This document shows, one piece after another, positions 55,687 to 64,000 of a stretch of DNA of 64,000 nucleotides (position 1 is the first letter of the stretch; every line of letters starts with the position of its first letter). The notes beneath the pieces were generated by a model. It had not been told where the DNA came from. It made no database searches and saw only the letters and a list, made by a program, of their open reading frames with translations. The position numbers and the translations under genes are program-made. Source of the DNA: an uncultured Methanobrevibacter sp. (GTDB taxonomy: Archaea > Methanobacteriota > Methanobacteria > Methanobacteriales > Methanobacteriaceae); the NCBI GenBank assembly GCA_947628455.1, contig CANQZY010000001.1:20613-84612 (forward strand). Reading direction: 5' to 3'.

Positions 55687-56538
55687 TTAATTTTCTTCTT
55701 TTTTTAATAAATGAATATACTCTTTAATAGCATCTTTATAACTTCGAAGAGGTGTAAAACCATTATTCTTCCATTTTTCATTATTCAATACTGAATAACT
55801 AGGCCTAGGAGCAGCTCTTGCAAATTCATTTGCTGTTACAGGTTTTACTTCAACATCTATATCTGCAATTTTAAAAATAAGTTTTGCAAAATCATACCAT
55901 GAAGTTGAATCAGAATTAGTTAGATGATAAATACCATATTTATCTGAATTTAATAATTCAGCTATACCTTTAGCCAAATCAGGAGTATAAGTTGGACTTC
56001 CAATTTCATCATAAACAACATTTATTTTATCATGGTTTTTTGATAATTCTAACATTGTCTTAGGAAAATTTCCGCCATTATAACCATATAACCATGCTGT
56101 TCTTAAAATAAAATATTTATCATGATTTTTCATAATAGTTCTTTCTCCTTCAAGCTTAGTTTTTCCATAAATACTTAAAGGACCTAATTCATCATTTTCT
56201 AAACGTGGAGTATTTGAATTACCTTTGAAAACATAATCAGTGCTTATGTGAATTAAAGGTATATCATTCTCTCTACATGCAATAGTTAAATTTTCTACAC
56301 CATCTCTGTTTACAGCATATGCCTTTTCAACGTTTACTTCACAGCCATCCACATCAGTGTATGCAGCAGCATTAATAAGAACATCTGGTTTAATAGATTC
56401 CACATATTTGAGAACTTTTTTTTTATTTGTAATATCCATTATTTTTGAAGTTGCAGCTATCACAATATGATCATCTGCTAATTCATTATTAAGATCTTGT
56501 CCTAACATTCCATTAGAACCAGCAATTAATATTTTCAT
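55687..56538 (-). CDS. rfbD: dTDP-4-dehydrorhamnose reductase
   Basis: GSNGMLG, AAYTDVD, STDYVF, YGKTK, APRP. Confidence 0.95.
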   Translation of the reverse strand: MKILIAGSNGMLGQDLNNELADDHIVIAATSKIMDITNKKKVLKYVESIKPDVLINAAAYTDVDGCEVNVEKAYAVNRDGVENLTIACRENDIPLIHISTDYVFKGNSNTPRLENDELGPLSIYGKTKLEGERTIMKNHDKYFILRTAWLYGYNGGNFPKTMLELSKNHDKINVVYDEIGSPTYTPDLAKGIAELLNSDKYGIYHLTNSDSTSWYDFAKLIFKIADIDVEVKPVTANEFARAAPRPSYSVLNNEKWKNNGFTPLRSYKDAIKEYIHLLKKEEN

Positions 56539-56594
56539 AATATTAGATATTTATATAATATAATATAATAATATATCATTATAAGAGGTTTTTT

Positions 56595-57818
56595 ATGAAG
56601 ATTTGCATTATAGGTCAGGGTTATATTGGACTTCCAACAGCAGCATTATTTACAATGAATGGATGTGAAGTTGTTGGTGTGGATATAAATGAAGAAATTG
56701 TTAATAAACTTAATCAGGGAATAGTGCATATAGAAGAACCAGGGATTTCTTCTGTTATTAGTAATGCTAGTAAAAATGGTGGATATAAAGCTTCTTTAAC
56801 TCCTGAAGAGGCTGATGCTTTTATTATTACTGTTCCAACTCCTTATATATCTGAGAATTATAGCTGTGATTTGAGTTATGTGATTTCAGCTTGTAAATCT
56901 ATTATACCCTATCTTAAAAAGGGAAATGTTGTAATTATTGAATCTACAATAGCTCCTCTTTCAACAGATAACTATATCAAACCTATTTTTGAAGATGCTG
57001 GGTTTAAAATTGGAAAAGATTTATATCTTGCTCATTGTCCAGAACGAGTTCTTCCAGGGAAAATTATGGATGAACTTGTAAATAATGATAGAATAATTGG
57101 GGGTGTGACTTCTAAATGTTCTAAAAAAGCAAGAGAAATTTATGGACGATTTGTAAAAGGAGAGATGATGGAGTGTGAAGCTAAAACAGCTGAATTATCA
57201 AAATGTATGGAAAATACATTTCGTGATGTTAATATTGCTCTTGCAAATGAACTTGCAAAAATTGGTGCTGAAATTGGTGTAAATGTATTAGATGTTATTA
57301 AAATAGCTAATAAACATCCAAGAGTCAATATTCATTCTCCGGGTCCTGGAGTTGGAGGACATTGTCTTGCAATTGATCCTTATTTTATTTATTCTCTTGC
57401 TCCTGATACTGCAAAAATAATTAAATTAGCCAGAGATACTAATAATTCAATGTATGATTTTGTTGTTGAAAATATTCAAAAAATAGTTCCTAAAGGAAAA
57501 ATAGCTATTTTTGGATTAGCATATAAAGGAAACACTGAGGATGATCGTGAAAGTCCTTCATATAAGATAATAGATAAATTAAAGGATTTAGATTATGATA
57601 TTAAAGTATATGATCCTCATGTAATACCTGATAGTAGTTTAGAGGAAACGATTGATGGTTCTGATTTAATTGTGATTTTATCTGATCATGATGAATTTAA
57701 AGAGTTTGATTTTGATTTAATCAAAGAAAAAATGAATTCAGCTATTATTTTTGATACTAAAAATATAATAAAAAATGTTCCAGAGGATGTTAGATTGATT
57801 AATTATGGAAATTTATGA
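56595..57818 (+). CDS. wecC: Nucleotide-sugar dehydrogenase, UDP-N-acetylmannosamine dehydrogenase type
   Basis: GQGYIGLP, HCPERVLPG, ENTFRDVNIALANE, GVGGHCL, AYKGN. Confidence 0.85.
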   Translation: MKICIIGQGYIGLPTAALFTMNGCEVVGVDINEEIVNKLNQGIVHIEEPGISSVISNASKNGGYKASLTPEEADAFIITVPTPYISENYSCDLSYVISACKSIIPYLKKGNVVIIESTIAPLSTDNYIKPIFEDAGFKIGKDLYLAHCPERVLPGKIMDELVNNDRIIGGVTSKCSKKAREIYGRFVKGEMMECEAKTAELSKCMENTFRDVNIALANELAKIGAEIGVNVLDVIKIANKHPRVNIHSPGPGVGGHCLAIDPYFIYSLAPDTAKIIKLARDTNNSMYDFVVENIQKIVPKGKIAIFGLAYKGNTEDDRESPSYKIIDKLKDLDYDIKVYDPHVIPDSSLEETIDGSDLIVILSDHDEFKEFDFDLIKEKMNSAIIFDTKNIIKNVPEDVRLINYGNL

Positions 57819-57827
57819 AAAATATAA

Positions 57828-59039
57828 CTAAAAATCGATTGGTTCATCTTTTTCTAGTAAACGACTATTCCAGCCTTTTAATGAAGTCCATTCCTCAAAA
57901 GGATCTGACCAAAATGGATCCGTATATGGTAGGCCTAGTGGTAAGAAAATTTCACTACAAATATATAAACTTCCTGTATCTATATTTTCATTAGCTAATT
58001 GGATTTGATGACCATTAAATCCGATAATTAACCACCCATCAGGTGTGAAGTTTTGAGATCCGCTAAATTGAGAAGTTAATATATTTGTAAGGGCACATCT
58101 AACTTGTGCTGGTTTAAGATTTTTGGGAAGTATTCTTAAGAGTGAAGCCTGAGATAAAACATGAAATATTCCTGTTCTAGCAGGTATCAAATTTCCGATA
58201 AGTGGATAAGTTCCTTCTGGAGAGATACAACGTTCTAGTTTAGAAGATAATCTAGATGAACGCATTAATTGTTTATTTAAAAAATTATTTCCTCGAATAT
58301 CATATTTTCTCATAACCATAAGAATATCATTCATAATTGGGTGGATTATCATACTATTAATATAATTATCTTTAAATTCAGGGCCATCCTTGTATAATGA
58401 ATCGCCTAAATACCATTCATCCCAAAATTTAAAAATGCCATATTGTAAACGTTCCATATCACATTCGCCTGTGAATTCTAAAAGAGCTGCTTCAATAAGT
58501 GATGTATATAATAATGAATGATTTTCATAAGGTGCTATGAGTCTTGTTTTTTTAAGTTCTTCTATAACTCTAGCTTGAAGATCAATAGATAAATTTAACC
58601 ATATTTGTCTTTCTGATCTTAATAATCCTTGTGCAAAAAAAGCTGCATTTGTTAGTGAATCTTTTGGTTCACTAAAAGACACTTGATCTTCACTGTGAGG
58701 ATTTACAATATTTTCAATAGATCTTAAAGTCCATTCTAAATATTTTTCTCTAATTTTTCCTTCTTCTGTTCCATCTACACCTAATTCCAACCATGGCGCT
58801 ATTCCACTAAATAATCTTCCAAAAGCTGCAAGATATGTGAATTTTTGTCTATCAGAAGTTAGTGCCTCAAGAGGCATGTTTTTCTTAAGAGATCCTTTTT
58901 TAAGATTGGATAATACTGGATAAGCTATCTTATCTAATATTGAAACCCAAAAATTTCTATCTTCTCGGACAGAATGGGGTTTTTCAATTACTTGATCATC
59001 ATTAGTTCTTCTTAGTCGTCCAAAGATAGAATTTCTCAT
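57828..59039 (-). CDS. DUF2264-family protein
   Basis: L.AFGRL..GIAPWLEL, WYLGDS.Y.DG, LERCISPEGTYP, TGSLYIC..FLPLGLP..DPFW. Confidence 0.75.
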   Translation of the reverse strand: MRNSIFGRLRRTNDDQVIEKPHSVREDRNFWVSILDKIAYPVLSNLKKGSLKKNMPLEALTSDRQKFTYLAAFGRLFSGIAPWLELGVDGTEEGKIREKYLEWTLRSIENIVNPHSEDQVSFSEPKDSLTNAAFFAQGLLRSERQIWLNLSIDLQARVIEELKKTRLIAPYENHSLLYTSLIEAALLEFTGECDMERLQYGIFKFWDEWYLGDSLYKDGPEFKDNYINSMIIHPIMNDILMVMRKYDIRGNNFLNKQLMRSSRLSSKLERCISPEGTYPLIGNLIPARTGIFHVLSQASLLRILPKNLKPAQVRCALTNILTSQFSGSQNFTPDGWLIIGFNGHQIQLANENIDTGSLYICSEIFLPLGLPYTDPFWSDPFEEWTSLKGWNSRLLEKDEPIDF

Positions 59040-59141
59040 GTAGTATAAATTTATTATACATAATATATAAATTTTAATAATGTTTATTTATAGAATTTTT
59101 ATATATTCTAATGATAATTTTATAAAAGAGGTTTAAAAATT

Positions 59142-60398
59142 ATGTCAAAAACAATGTCTGAAAAGATTTTAGCTAGAGCTTCTGGTATGAATGATATTGA
59201 AGCTGGAGATATTGTTATTTCAAATATTGATGTTGCAATGACTCATGATCTAACAGGCCCTCTTGCTGTACAATCTTTTAAAGAAATTGGTACTGAAAAA
59301 GTATGGGATCCATCAAAAATTGTTATTCCTTTCGATCATCAAGTTCCAGCAGATTCTATTGACTCAGCTAATAACCATATTATAATGAGAAAATTTGTAG
59401 AAGAACAAAAAATTGAAAATTTTTATGATGTTAATGCAGGAGTATGTCATCAGATATTGCCCGAATTAGGCCATGTTGTTCCTGGAGAAATTATTGTTGG
59501 AGCAGACTCACATACATGTACTCATGGTGCATTAGGTGCTTTTGCAACAGGTATTGGTTCAACAGATATGGCTATGGTATTCTCTGAAGGTAAATTATGG
59601 TTTAAAGTGCCCGAAACTAACAGATTTGAAATTACAGGAAAATTAAAAGATAATGTATATGCTAAAGATGTGATTTTAAATATTATTGGAAAAATGGGTG
59701 CTGATGGATCAACTTATAAATCATGCGAATTTGCAGGTCAAACTGTTAGTGATATGACTATTTCTGATAGAATGGTTCTTTGTAATATGGCTATTGAAAT
59801 GGGTGGAAAAACTGGAATGGTAGAACCAGATGAAAAAACAATAAAGTACGTTCAAAGTCGTTCAAATAAAACATATGATATAGTTAAAACAGATTTAGAC
59901 GCTCCATCATTAAATATTATTAATATTGATGTAAGTGAACTGGAACCTCAAGTATCTTGTCCAAATAATGTAGATAATGTAAAACCAGTAAGTGAAGTAG
60001 ATCAAGAAATTGACCAAGTATTTTTAGGTTCATGTACTAACGGAAGAATCAGTGATTTAAGAGATGCAGCTAAAATTTTAAAAGGACAAAAAATAGCTAA
60101 TGGAACTAGAATGTTAGTTATTCCAGCTTCAAAAGAAGTTTATACTAAAGCTCTTGACGAAGGTTTAATAAAAATATTCGTTGATGCTGGAGCATTAGTT
60201 TCTGCACCCTGCTGTGGTCCATGTCTTGGAGGACATACTGGCATTATTGGACCTGGAGAAGTAAGTCTTTCAACATCCAACAGAAACTTTAAAGGAAGAC
60301 AGGGAAGTCCTGAAGGAAAAGTTTATTTATCTTCTGCTGCAGTAGCTGCTGCATCTGCAATTGAAGGTAGAATTGTTACACCAGAGGGGAAAAAATGA
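59142..60398 (+). CDS. leuC: Isopropylmalate/citramalate isomerase large subunit
   Basis: [36 protein letters not shown]; first gene of a leuCDB-type operon. Confidence 0.85.
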   Translation: MSKTMSEKILARASGMNDIEAGDIVISNIDVAMTHDLTGPLAVQSFKEIGTEKVWDPSKIVIPFDHQVPADSIDSANNHIIMRKFVEEQKIENFYDVNAGVCHQILPELGHVVPGEIIVGADSHTCTHGALGAFATGIGSTDMAMVFSEGKLWFKVPETNRFEITGKLKDNVYAKDVILNIIGKMGADGSTYKSCEFAGQTVSDMTISDRMVLCNMAIEMGGKTGMVEPDEKTIKYVQSRSNKTYDIVKTDLDAPSLNIINIDVSELEPQVSCPNNVDNVKPVSEVDQEIDQVFLGSCTNGRISDLRDAAKILKGQKIANGTRMLVIPASKEVYTKALDEGLIKIFVDAGALVSAPCCGPCLGGHTGIIGPGEVSLSTSNRNFKGRQGSPEGKVYLSSAAVAAASAIEGRIVTPEGKK

Positions 60399-60871
60399 AA
60401 GGTAAAGTTTGGAAATTTGGAAATGATATTGATACAGACATTATTCTTCCTGGAAGATATCTAATTTATACAGATGAAAAAAAATTAGCTCAACATTGTA
60501 TGGAAGGATTAGATGCTGATTTTAATGAAAAATTTAATATTGGAGATTTTATAGTCGCGGGAAATAATTTTGGCTGCGGTTCTTCAAGAGAACATGCTCC
60601 TATAGCTCTTAAAGGAATAGGTGCTAGTGCGGTAATAGCTGAATCGTTTGCTAGAATTTTTTATAGAAATTCAACGAATGTTGGAATGCCTCTTCTTGAA
60701 GCTCCTGGAATTATGGATCTTGTGAATGATGGAGATGAAATCGAAGTAGATATGGAAAAAGGAATTATTACATCTGAAAATGGTGAAAGTATTAAATTTA
60801 AAAAATTACCTTCCTTTATGTTAGAAATATTAGAAAAAGGTGGTTTAATTGAATATCTCAAACAAAAATAG
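60395..60871 (+). CDS. leuD: Isopropylmalate/citramalate isomerase small subunit
   Basis: [13 protein letters not shown] (LeuD-type YLxY loop) and [11 protein letters not shown]. Confidence 0.87.
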   Translation: MKGKVWKFGNDIDTDIILPGRYLIYTDEKKLAQHCMEGLDADFNEKFNIGDFIVAGNNFGCGSSREHAPIALKGIGASAVIAESFARIFYRNSTNVGMPLLEAPGIMDLVNDGDEIEVDMEKGIITSENGESIKFKKLPSFMLEILEKGGLIEYLKQK

Positions 60872-61853
60872 TTATAAAATTGCGGTGATTCCTGGTGATG
60901 GAATTGGTGTGGAAGTTATGGAAGCTACTATAAAAGTTTTAGATGGTTTAGATATTGATTTTGAATATGAATATGGATTAGCAGGTGATAAATGTAAAGA
61001 AAAAAAGGGTATTGCTCTTCCAAAAGAAACTTTAGATCTTATTAAAAATTCAGATGCATGTTTGTTTGGGGCAGCAGGTGAAACCGCTTCAGATGTAATT
61101 GTAAGAATCCGGCAAGAAATGAAAATGTTTGCAAATTTAAGACCTGTAAAATCTTATCCTAATACTAATGCTTTATTTGATAATGTAGATTTTATGATTG
61201 TTCGTGAAAATACTGAAGGTCTTTATATTGCAAATCAAGAAGAATTAATAGATGATGGTGCGATAGCTAAACGTATTATTACTAAAGAAGCTGAAGAGAG
61301 GATAATTAGGTATGCTTTTGACTATGCTATGCAAAATAATAAAAATAAAGTTACTGCTGTTCATAAAGCTAATGTACTTAAAAAAACTGATGGTTTATTT
61401 AAAGAAATATTTTATGAAATTGCAGAAGAATATCCTGATATTGATGCTGAAGATTTCTATGTTGATGCAACTGCAATGTATTTAATAACTAATCCTGAAA
61501 ACTTTGAAGTTATTGTAACTACTAATTTATTTGGGGATATACTATCTGATGAGGGAGCAGGTATTGTTGGTGGTCTTGGTTTGATTCCTTCTGCAAATAT
61601 TGGTGAAGATGCTGCTTTATTTGAACCCGTTCATGGTTCTGCACCTGATATTGCAGGTGAAAAAAAAGCCAATCCTATTGCGATGTTACTTTCTGCTGAA
61701 ATGATGCTTAGATATCTTGGCGAAAATAAGGAAGCGGATAGATTAGATAATGCTATTTTAAAAGTTCTTGAAGAGGGAGTTGAATTAACTGGTGATTTAG
61801 GAGGTTCTGCTAATACATTTGAAATGGCAAGAGCTATTAAAAATAATCTATAA
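60849..61853 (+). CDS. leuB: 3-isopropylmalate dehydrogenase family decarboxylating dehydrogenase
   Basis: GDGIG.EV, RENTEGLY, HKANV, NLFGDILSD, EPVHGSAPDIAG. Confidence 0.85.
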   Translation: MNISNKNSYKIAVIPGDGIGVEVMEATIKVLDGLDIDFEYEYGLAGDKCKEKKGIALPKETLDLIKNSDACLFGAAGETASDVIVRIRQEMKMFANLRPVKSYPNTNALFDNVDFMIVRENTEGLYIANQEELIDDGAIAKRIITKEAEERIIRYAFDYAMQNNKNKVTAVHKANVLKKTDGLFKEIFYEIAEEYPDIDAEDFYVDATAMYLITNPENFEVIVTTNLFGDILSDEGAGIVGGLGLIPSANIGEDAALFEPVHGSAPDIAGEKKANPIAMLLSAEMMLRYLGENKEADRLDNAILKVLEEGVELTGDLGGSANTFEMARAIKNNL

Positions 61854-61880
61854 AAAAAATATAGATATGTGGTTAAAAAT

Positions 61881-64000
61881 ATGAGTTTGAAAGAAGGAAT
61901 ATCTGCGATAATTCCTGCATATAAAAGTCAAAAATATATTGGAAAGTTATTAGATTCTTTAAAAAATCAGACTTTAGATTATAAACTTTTTGAAGCTATA
62001 ATTATTGTAAACGGTGAGCTTGATAATACTATAAAAATCGTTGAGGATTTTTCAAGAGAAAATCCTGAATTAAATATTCGTTTAACAAATAGTAAAAAAG
62101 GAGTATGTAATGCTAGAAATAGAGGTATAAGATTAGCTAACTATAGTTATACTATATTTATTGATGATGATGATTTTATTAGTCCGAAATATTTTGAAGT
62201 GCTTTTAGATAATGCTAAGCCTAATAGAATAACTATTGGAACTTTTTATGATGTAGATGAAGATAGTTATGAGATAAGAAATTCTTATTTAACTCCTCCT
62301 TTACTTCAAACAAGCGGAATTATAGAAGATCCTTACAGTTATATTAGGGATATTCTTGTAATTACTACTGATAAGTTAATTCCTACTGAAGCTGTTAAAA
62401 GATCTTCTTTTAATCCTGAACTTGAAAATGGTGTGGATATTGGATATTATTCAATATTTTATATGGAAAATGATTTTGAATTTTTTGTTGTTGATAAATC
62501 ATTAGATGCTAATTATTATAGAACTTGGAGAGAGAATTCTATTTCTAGAAAACCTTTATCTTATAAATTTAATGTTATTGATAGGCTTAAAGTTATTAAT
62601 GAGATAAATAAAGGTTTAAAATTGACTAAAAGACCCGAAAAAATAGCTTTTTTAAAATCTTTAACAGGAGGGCAAGTTGTAAAAATAAATGAATATATTG
62701 ATAATTATCCTGATGATTTTAAGAAAGTTTTAAATGATATAATTTCATATGATTTTGAATTTTTTCCGTATAAATATTTAGCAGAGAATAATAAATATCT
62801 TGATTTACCAAATAATGAATTAGTCATATCTTATGCGTTTTCACCTACGAATACAACTTCTAGTAATGTTGTAGCTAAACGTATTTTAACAAGTAAAAAA
62901 AATGTTGATGTTATTTTTGCTAGTTTAAATAATCTAAATAAAGATTTTGATTTAAATAAACTTGTAGATCAGTTTATTTTAGATAGAATAGTTATAGATT
63001 TACCTTTTAAAAATGATTGGGACAATATTTCTAATTTTATCAAAATGGGATTGGCTAAATTAGAAAATAAGCAGATTTATAATACTATTTATAGTAGAGC
63101 AAATTTTGTTCATTCTCATTTTTTAGCTTATTTTTATAAAATTAAATATCCTCAAACTTTTTGGAAAGCTGAATTTTCAGATCCATTAATATATAATTTT
63201 AATCATCAATATTTAAGTGAACCTATTGATGATGAGAAAATTATTAATTATTTTAATGAGACATTACCTGAAAATAAAGATATACTTAAAGTAAATGATA
63301 CCATTAATTATATTTCTGAATATTTAACATTTATTGGAGCAGATGAGTTAATTTTCACTAATGAAAATCAAAAAGATGTCATGATTGAGAATTTTCCGCA
63401 ATTAAACGATTTAATTAATGAAAAATCAGTTATTAAACCTCATCCAACACTTGATAAGAAATATTATTATATAAAAGATAGTGCTTATGAAATTGATAAT
63501 TCTTATGTAAATTTTGCTTATTTTGGAGTAATTTTTGGTAATAGAAATCTTGAAGATTTAATAAATGCTTTTGACAATATGAATAAAGAATATAAAGATA
63601 AATTTAGACTACATTTATTTACTCCTAATAAAATAATGTTTGAACAAATATTAAGTTCAGATATTTTTGACAAAACTATAATTAATCCAACAGTGAGTTA
63701 TTTGGAATTTTTAAATCTTACAACAAAATTTGATGTGTTAATTGTAGAAGATAGTAAAACTAAATTAAGTTATAGTAAAAATCCTTTCTTACCTTCTAAA
63801 ATTTCAGATTATAAAGGAAGTTCAACAGATATTTGGACTATATGTGAAAAAGGAAGCATAATGGATAAAATAGATACAAAATATAAAACTCATCTAAATA
63901 ATTTTATAGAAAATAAAAATATGATTAATAAAATTATGGAAGAAAAGATTTTAGATAAGAATAATTTTTCAAATGATTCTAAAAAGCAAGAATATGTGAA
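61881..64000 (+). CDS. Large GT2 + GT-B glycosyltransferase, truncated by the window end (absent from ORF track)
   Basis: Hand translation from ATG 61881: MSLKEGISAIIPAYKSQKYI..., IDDDDF, later YAFSPTNTTSS, WKAEFSDP, PFLPSKISDY. Segments checked share one frame, which is open at 64000 (>700 aa). Confidence 0.85.
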   Translation, partial: MSLKEGISAIIPAYKSQKYIGKLLDSLKNQTLDYKLFEAIIIVNGELDNTIKIVEDFSRENPELNIRLTNSKKGVCNARNRGIRLANYSYTIFIDDDDFISPKYFEVLLDNAKPNRITIGTFYDVDEDSYEIRNSYLTPPLLQTSGIIEDPYSYIRDILVITTDKLIPTEAVKRSSFNPELENGVDIGYYSIFYMENDFEFFVVDKSLDANYYRTWRENSISRKPLSYKFNVIDRLKVINEINKGLKLTKRPEKIAFLKSLTGGQVVKINEYIDNYPDDFKKVLNDIISYDFEFFPYKYLAENNKYLDLPNNELVISYAFSPTNTTSSNVVAKRILTSKKNVDVIFASLNNLNKDFDLNKLVDQFILDRIVIDLPFKNDWDNISNFIKMGLAKLENKQIYNTIYSRANFVHSHFLAYFYKIKYPQTFWKAEFSDPLIYNFNHQYLSEPIDDEKIINYFNETLPENKDILKVNDTINYISEYLTFIGADELIFTNENQKDVMIENFPQLNDLINEKSVIKPHPTLDKKYYYIKDSAYEIDNSYVNFAYFGVIFGNRNLEDLINAFDNMNKEYKDKFRLHLFTPNKIMFEQILSSDIFDKTIINPTVSYLEFLNLTTKFDVLIVEDSKTKLSYSKNPFLPSKISDYKGSSTDIWTICEKGSIMDKIDTKYKTHLNNFIENKNMINKIMEEKILDKNNFSNDSKKQEYV

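Noticed and set aside
56554-56568. (TATAA)3 microsatellite in the rfbD-wecC divergent promoter region
   Set aside because: Three units in nearly pure AT DNA are too few to support a slippage switch.
551-60861. Short antisense ORFs in the track (e.g. 551-733, 2378-2677, 3211-3546, 7354-7728, 7798-8160, 15843-16157, 57140-57328, 60661-60861)
   Set aside because: They lie opposite well-supported genes, mostly have Ser/Ile/Phe-rich shadow composition, and show no recognisable motifs.
59142-61853. Homoaconitase hacAB/aksF (coenzyme B synthesis)
   Set aside because: The small-subunit loop is YLIY (LeuD-type), not YLRT (HacB-type), so leuCDB is preferred, though not proven.

Overview
Low-GC archaeal DNA from a Methanobacteriales methanogen, most likely Methanobrevibacter-like. 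Evidence: MsvR, F420H2 oxidase, archaeal-type SAM synthetase, DmrX, RadA, multi-OB RPA and GGTGA ribosome-binding sites. Positions 1-21.5 kb are housekeeping genes: msvR divergent from fprA and a rubrerythrin-like gene, an M50 protease, moeA, purL, ileS, mat, dmrX, glyA, ilvNB, purD, radA and rpa. Positions 21.6-59 kb form a ~37 kb cell-surface glycopolymer locus. It has a WcaJ-type initiator, rhamnosyltransferase-like GT2s, rfbABCD, wecC, tarI/tarJ (CDP-ribitol), two TagB/TarL-family polyol-phosphate transferase domains, TarS/TarP-like GT2s and a Wzm/Wzt exporter. Together these resemble a teichoic-acid-like pathway in an archaeon. leuCDB follows, then a large GT2+GT-B gene that is absent from the ORF track and runs off the window end. 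Most unusual points: (1) Wzt carries a ~330-aa N-terminal extension; (2) one ~80-aa double-repeat module recurs about 10 times in 7 glycosyltransferases, and fused and split copies of one architecture suggest a docking system; (3) a perfect 322-bp repeat is shared by two tandem TarS-like genes; (4) msvR probably starts at ATA. No rRNA, tRNA, CRISPR array, intein or transposase was recognised. All calls are by eye; no database searches were run.
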